Position numbers and translations under genes: made by a program. A DNA stretch of 61,239 nt, counting the filler, from Porpidia crustulata (taxonomy: Eukaryota): assembly GCA_964255105.1 (NCBI GenBank). It is 10 parts of 10 records of this genome, joined end to end, with 100 filler letters (N's around TTAATTAATTAA, not from the genome) between each part and the next. Parts side by side here need not be neighbours in the genome. Positions count along the whole stretch, not along the records: positions 55,228 to 61,239 come from CAXUWE010001653.1; 9 more parts are not named here. One strand, written 5' to 3'. The notes below the pieces were generated by a model that searched no databases, was not told where the DNA came from, and worked only from the letters and a program-made list of their open reading frames with translations. Shown piece after piece: positions 58,704 through 61,239 of this stretch; within the stretch, counting starts at the first letter, position 1; the number at the start of each line of letters is the position of its first letter.

Positions 58704-60491
58704 TTCGTCGAAGATTGGTGTATTAAGATAGACTAGGATTCGTGTTTGGGAGTGTACAGGTACTGAGCAACAGCGAAAGTCTTGATCGTCGAGTGATCAG
58801 AAGCGAGTGTTGAGAGCAATTGGCTTTAGAGAAATCGCAACAGAGAAATCAGATTATTTGTTTGATGTGTGTGATGGAAGAGAAGAAGGAAGAGAAGAGA
58901 AAGAGGAGGAAATGGGGGCATATGTACGGTAACGTGAAGCGTCGGGGCCATCAACAACGGCACAATAAGCGGGTTTCTTGGTAGGCTGGTCGGTTGCATG
59001 GGGGGTTGGGTAGTGGCGGGGTGAATTCGAGCCAACCAACCACCCAACAGATAGTCAGCGCCAGTGAAAGGGGCTATCGAGGCTATACCGCTTGCATGAA
59101 CTGATAGCCGGGACACCAAGCTCTTGAGCACATCAACACCCCCATCAGCAAAGCAGCATTTGACAAGAATAGCCCCGTTGCCCCTGACGTCCCCTCGGTC
59201 TAGCACCTTCTTCCCTGACCGCCGGTCGAGCCTGCAGTGGTGCAGACCTTGCCATTTTGGCGTCCTTTACTGCCAATCCACTTTTTCCCTCTTCGTTCTT
59301 TATTCTGATTTGTCCATCGCCGACCGGCCCCTTAGGGCCACAGGTTGCGTATGGAGACGGAGGCGGGGGAGCTGCGATAGTGTCCACACTGGGTTAGAGG
59401 ATGGCTTATACTAAGTGCAGATTCGATATCGATGTTAGTAATCGTAAGTTGAATTATCAATTTTTCGCCCAACGAAAACGCGCGGTTTGAAATTTCCCCA
59501 GGAAAGAATAGAAATGAGCTCGATGTAATCGGATGTTCTTGCTCTTGTTGCAGGGTTTCAATTAATATACTGTGCAGCTGATACATTTGTTGAGCTCTGC
59601 CGCAAATCCTGGCATTCGTTAAGACAACGATGCATTCTGCCGAAAGCTCTTCCTAGTCGGTGGCTCGTATTTGCCAGCCTCTCACCCAACAAGGCTCTCA
59701 GATAGATAGCCAAAAAGCAGGGTTAAGAACCCACTAGCGCGGAGGATGAAGGCTTTTCCAGTTTACCTACTTTACGTGCTTGCCTCCTACTCCTCCCTGC
59801 CCTATTGTTTAGACTTTAGCGATGGAAAAAATCGGCGATGTCATCATTGGTCGGAAGTCGATAAGTCATTTCGAGTGCAGATCTCAATCCACCCATGTAC
59901 GACTACGAGTAACGCCGGTGAAAGTAAACGCAGATGCTGCAGAAGTACGTGAGTGCCAGACTCGCAGGCACACATGCACACACGTATCGTGAAACCGAAA
60001 AGCGGCGTTGCATGGAGAAGGTATCGAATGGGGTAACAGGGTCAATGGGGAAAGGCGCCTTGCCGATGAGGTTACCTTGGAAACCCTTGATTTTAGACGG
60101 CCTGGTAGGATCGACGCCGACGCTGTCACACCCGAGTGATGAAAAATGGCTTCGTGCATGACGATGCTGCATCAACCACGATCACTAACATGCGGCTCAA
60201 ACTCGTTGTCTCGGCGATATGATATGTACGTGGCTCACGCCTGATTGAATAAATAATTCTGGATGTTGTTATGGAGAAGTCAGAGAGACCTCTAGGTCGT
60301 CAATACAGACCATCCATTTCTTGGCCTCATAATGAATGCGCAATTGTTGATATCATCGTCAAGCGGTCCAAATTGAAACGCTTACCTCCAGCAATACCAG
60401 CCTCCCAATTGCATTCCAAGCCAGAACTCCTTAAGACTGAAATTTTGATCGCGGTAGGACAACCGTGAAAGTCCTCCACTTTCCACTAGGG

Positions 60492-61239
60492 TTACGTCAT
60501 CCACACTGTTGCTGCAACAGTTGCAAGCATAACCCAGAATCCGGACGCCTCCAAAAGCATCTGCTTCACCGCAGAGCTTGTGACGCCGGAAGAACTTGAA
60601 GATGTATCGGTGGTATTGGAGGTGCTATCGTCTATGCCATTTGGGAGCGTTCCATTGAGCACAATCGTCTTGGTTCCGTTGACGTCTGCTATGTTGACCA
60701 GACTGCTGTTCAGCGACGCATAACTACCGTTTCCAAGAACGGAATCAAGGTAGGTGGAGTTGTCGTTGTCGTCGCATCCGCATGCGCTATACTCCTGGCA
60801 AAGACAGGTAACTGGTAGGCTCTCGTTACTTCCAGCCGGTTGCGATGCGTTCGAGCCATTGTGGTAGCTATATGGATGCGAGTAGGGGTAGGCGTAGGCT
60901 GCACCGAGCCATAAGCCAGGGAATATTCCCAACGCTGCTCCGCCGAGGACATAGGGTGCGATGCCACGAGGTGAGCTTGAGCCAGATCTATATGCTGATG
61001 TTGAGCCGCCTCCATAGTATCTACCGCCACCGTACGATGGCGCTATTGATGACGAGGAACTGTAATTGATAGTCAGAGATATTGTTGGCGCATAGGATGC
61101 CCGAAATACATACCTTGCTGTACCTGTGTTCCCAGAACCTCGACTTCCTGAGGATGAGCCTCCTGACGAACCCGAAGATCCTGAAGACGATGAACCCGAA
61201 GATGATGAACCACCGCTGCTGCTTCGTCCCCCGCCACCC
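60492..61239 (-). CDS. Gly/Ser-rich surface or membrane protein, 5' end cut at window edge
   Basis: GGSSSG-rich stretch, intron near 61065-61115, SYGGGRYYGGG, FPGLWLGAAYAYPY, LPVTCLCQEYSACGCDD, IVLNGTLPNG and a hydrophobic C-terminus. Confidence 0.82.
   Translation of the reverse strand, partial: GGGGRSSSGGSSSSGSSSSGSSGSSGGSSSGSRGSGNTGTARYVFRASYAPTISLTINYSSSSSIAPSYGGGRYYGGGSTSAYRSGSSSPRGIAPYVLGGAALGIFPGLWLGAAYAYPYSHPYSYHNGSNASQPAGSNESLPVTCLCQEYSACGCDDNDNSTYLDSVLGNGSYASLNSSLVNIADVNGTKTIVLNGTLPNGIDDSTSNTTDTSSSSSGVTSSAVKQMLLEASGFWVMLATVAATVWMT

Overview
Fungal (filamentous ascomycete, Pezizomycotina-type) nuclear DNA with short GT-AG introns. The window is not one locus. It is ten separate contigs (6051, 6047, 6047, 6034, 6033, 6032, 6032, 6029, 6022 and 6012 bp, i.e. 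sorted by length) joined by artificial 100-bp linkers (44 N + TTAATTAATTAA + 44 N), so adjacency across linkers means nothing and several genes are cut at contig ends. About 27 protein-coding genes are supported: GCV2, MZM1, ZUO1, an amino-acid permease, a P450, an EXPERA protein, MPH1, a metallo-beta-lactamase-fold hydrolase, NRP1, a DHA1 MFS transporter, CUZ1, a C45/IAT-like hydrolase, ATP19, MTP18, RAD55, a MOSC protein, a DUF89 phosphatase, DCP1, an OCRL-like 5-phosphatase, cytochrome b561, an FSH1/LovG esterase, KXD1, an MCT transporter, a PIR/GPI wall protein and a few uncharacterised proteins. I found no rRNA, tRNA, CRISPR array or intact transposon, and no clear new multi-gene system. 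The most unusual signals are: (1) a recurrent strand-symmetric C-rich to G-rich skew switch that shows in codons, introns and non-coding DNA and coincides with contig breaks; (2) a Walker A Lys-to-Arg variant in the Rad55-like gene; (3) a coiled-coil ORF interrupted by two in-frame stops; (4) a 6-kb gene-free contig that looks like a long regulatory leader. Gene identities come from motif recognition by eye; no database searches were run.
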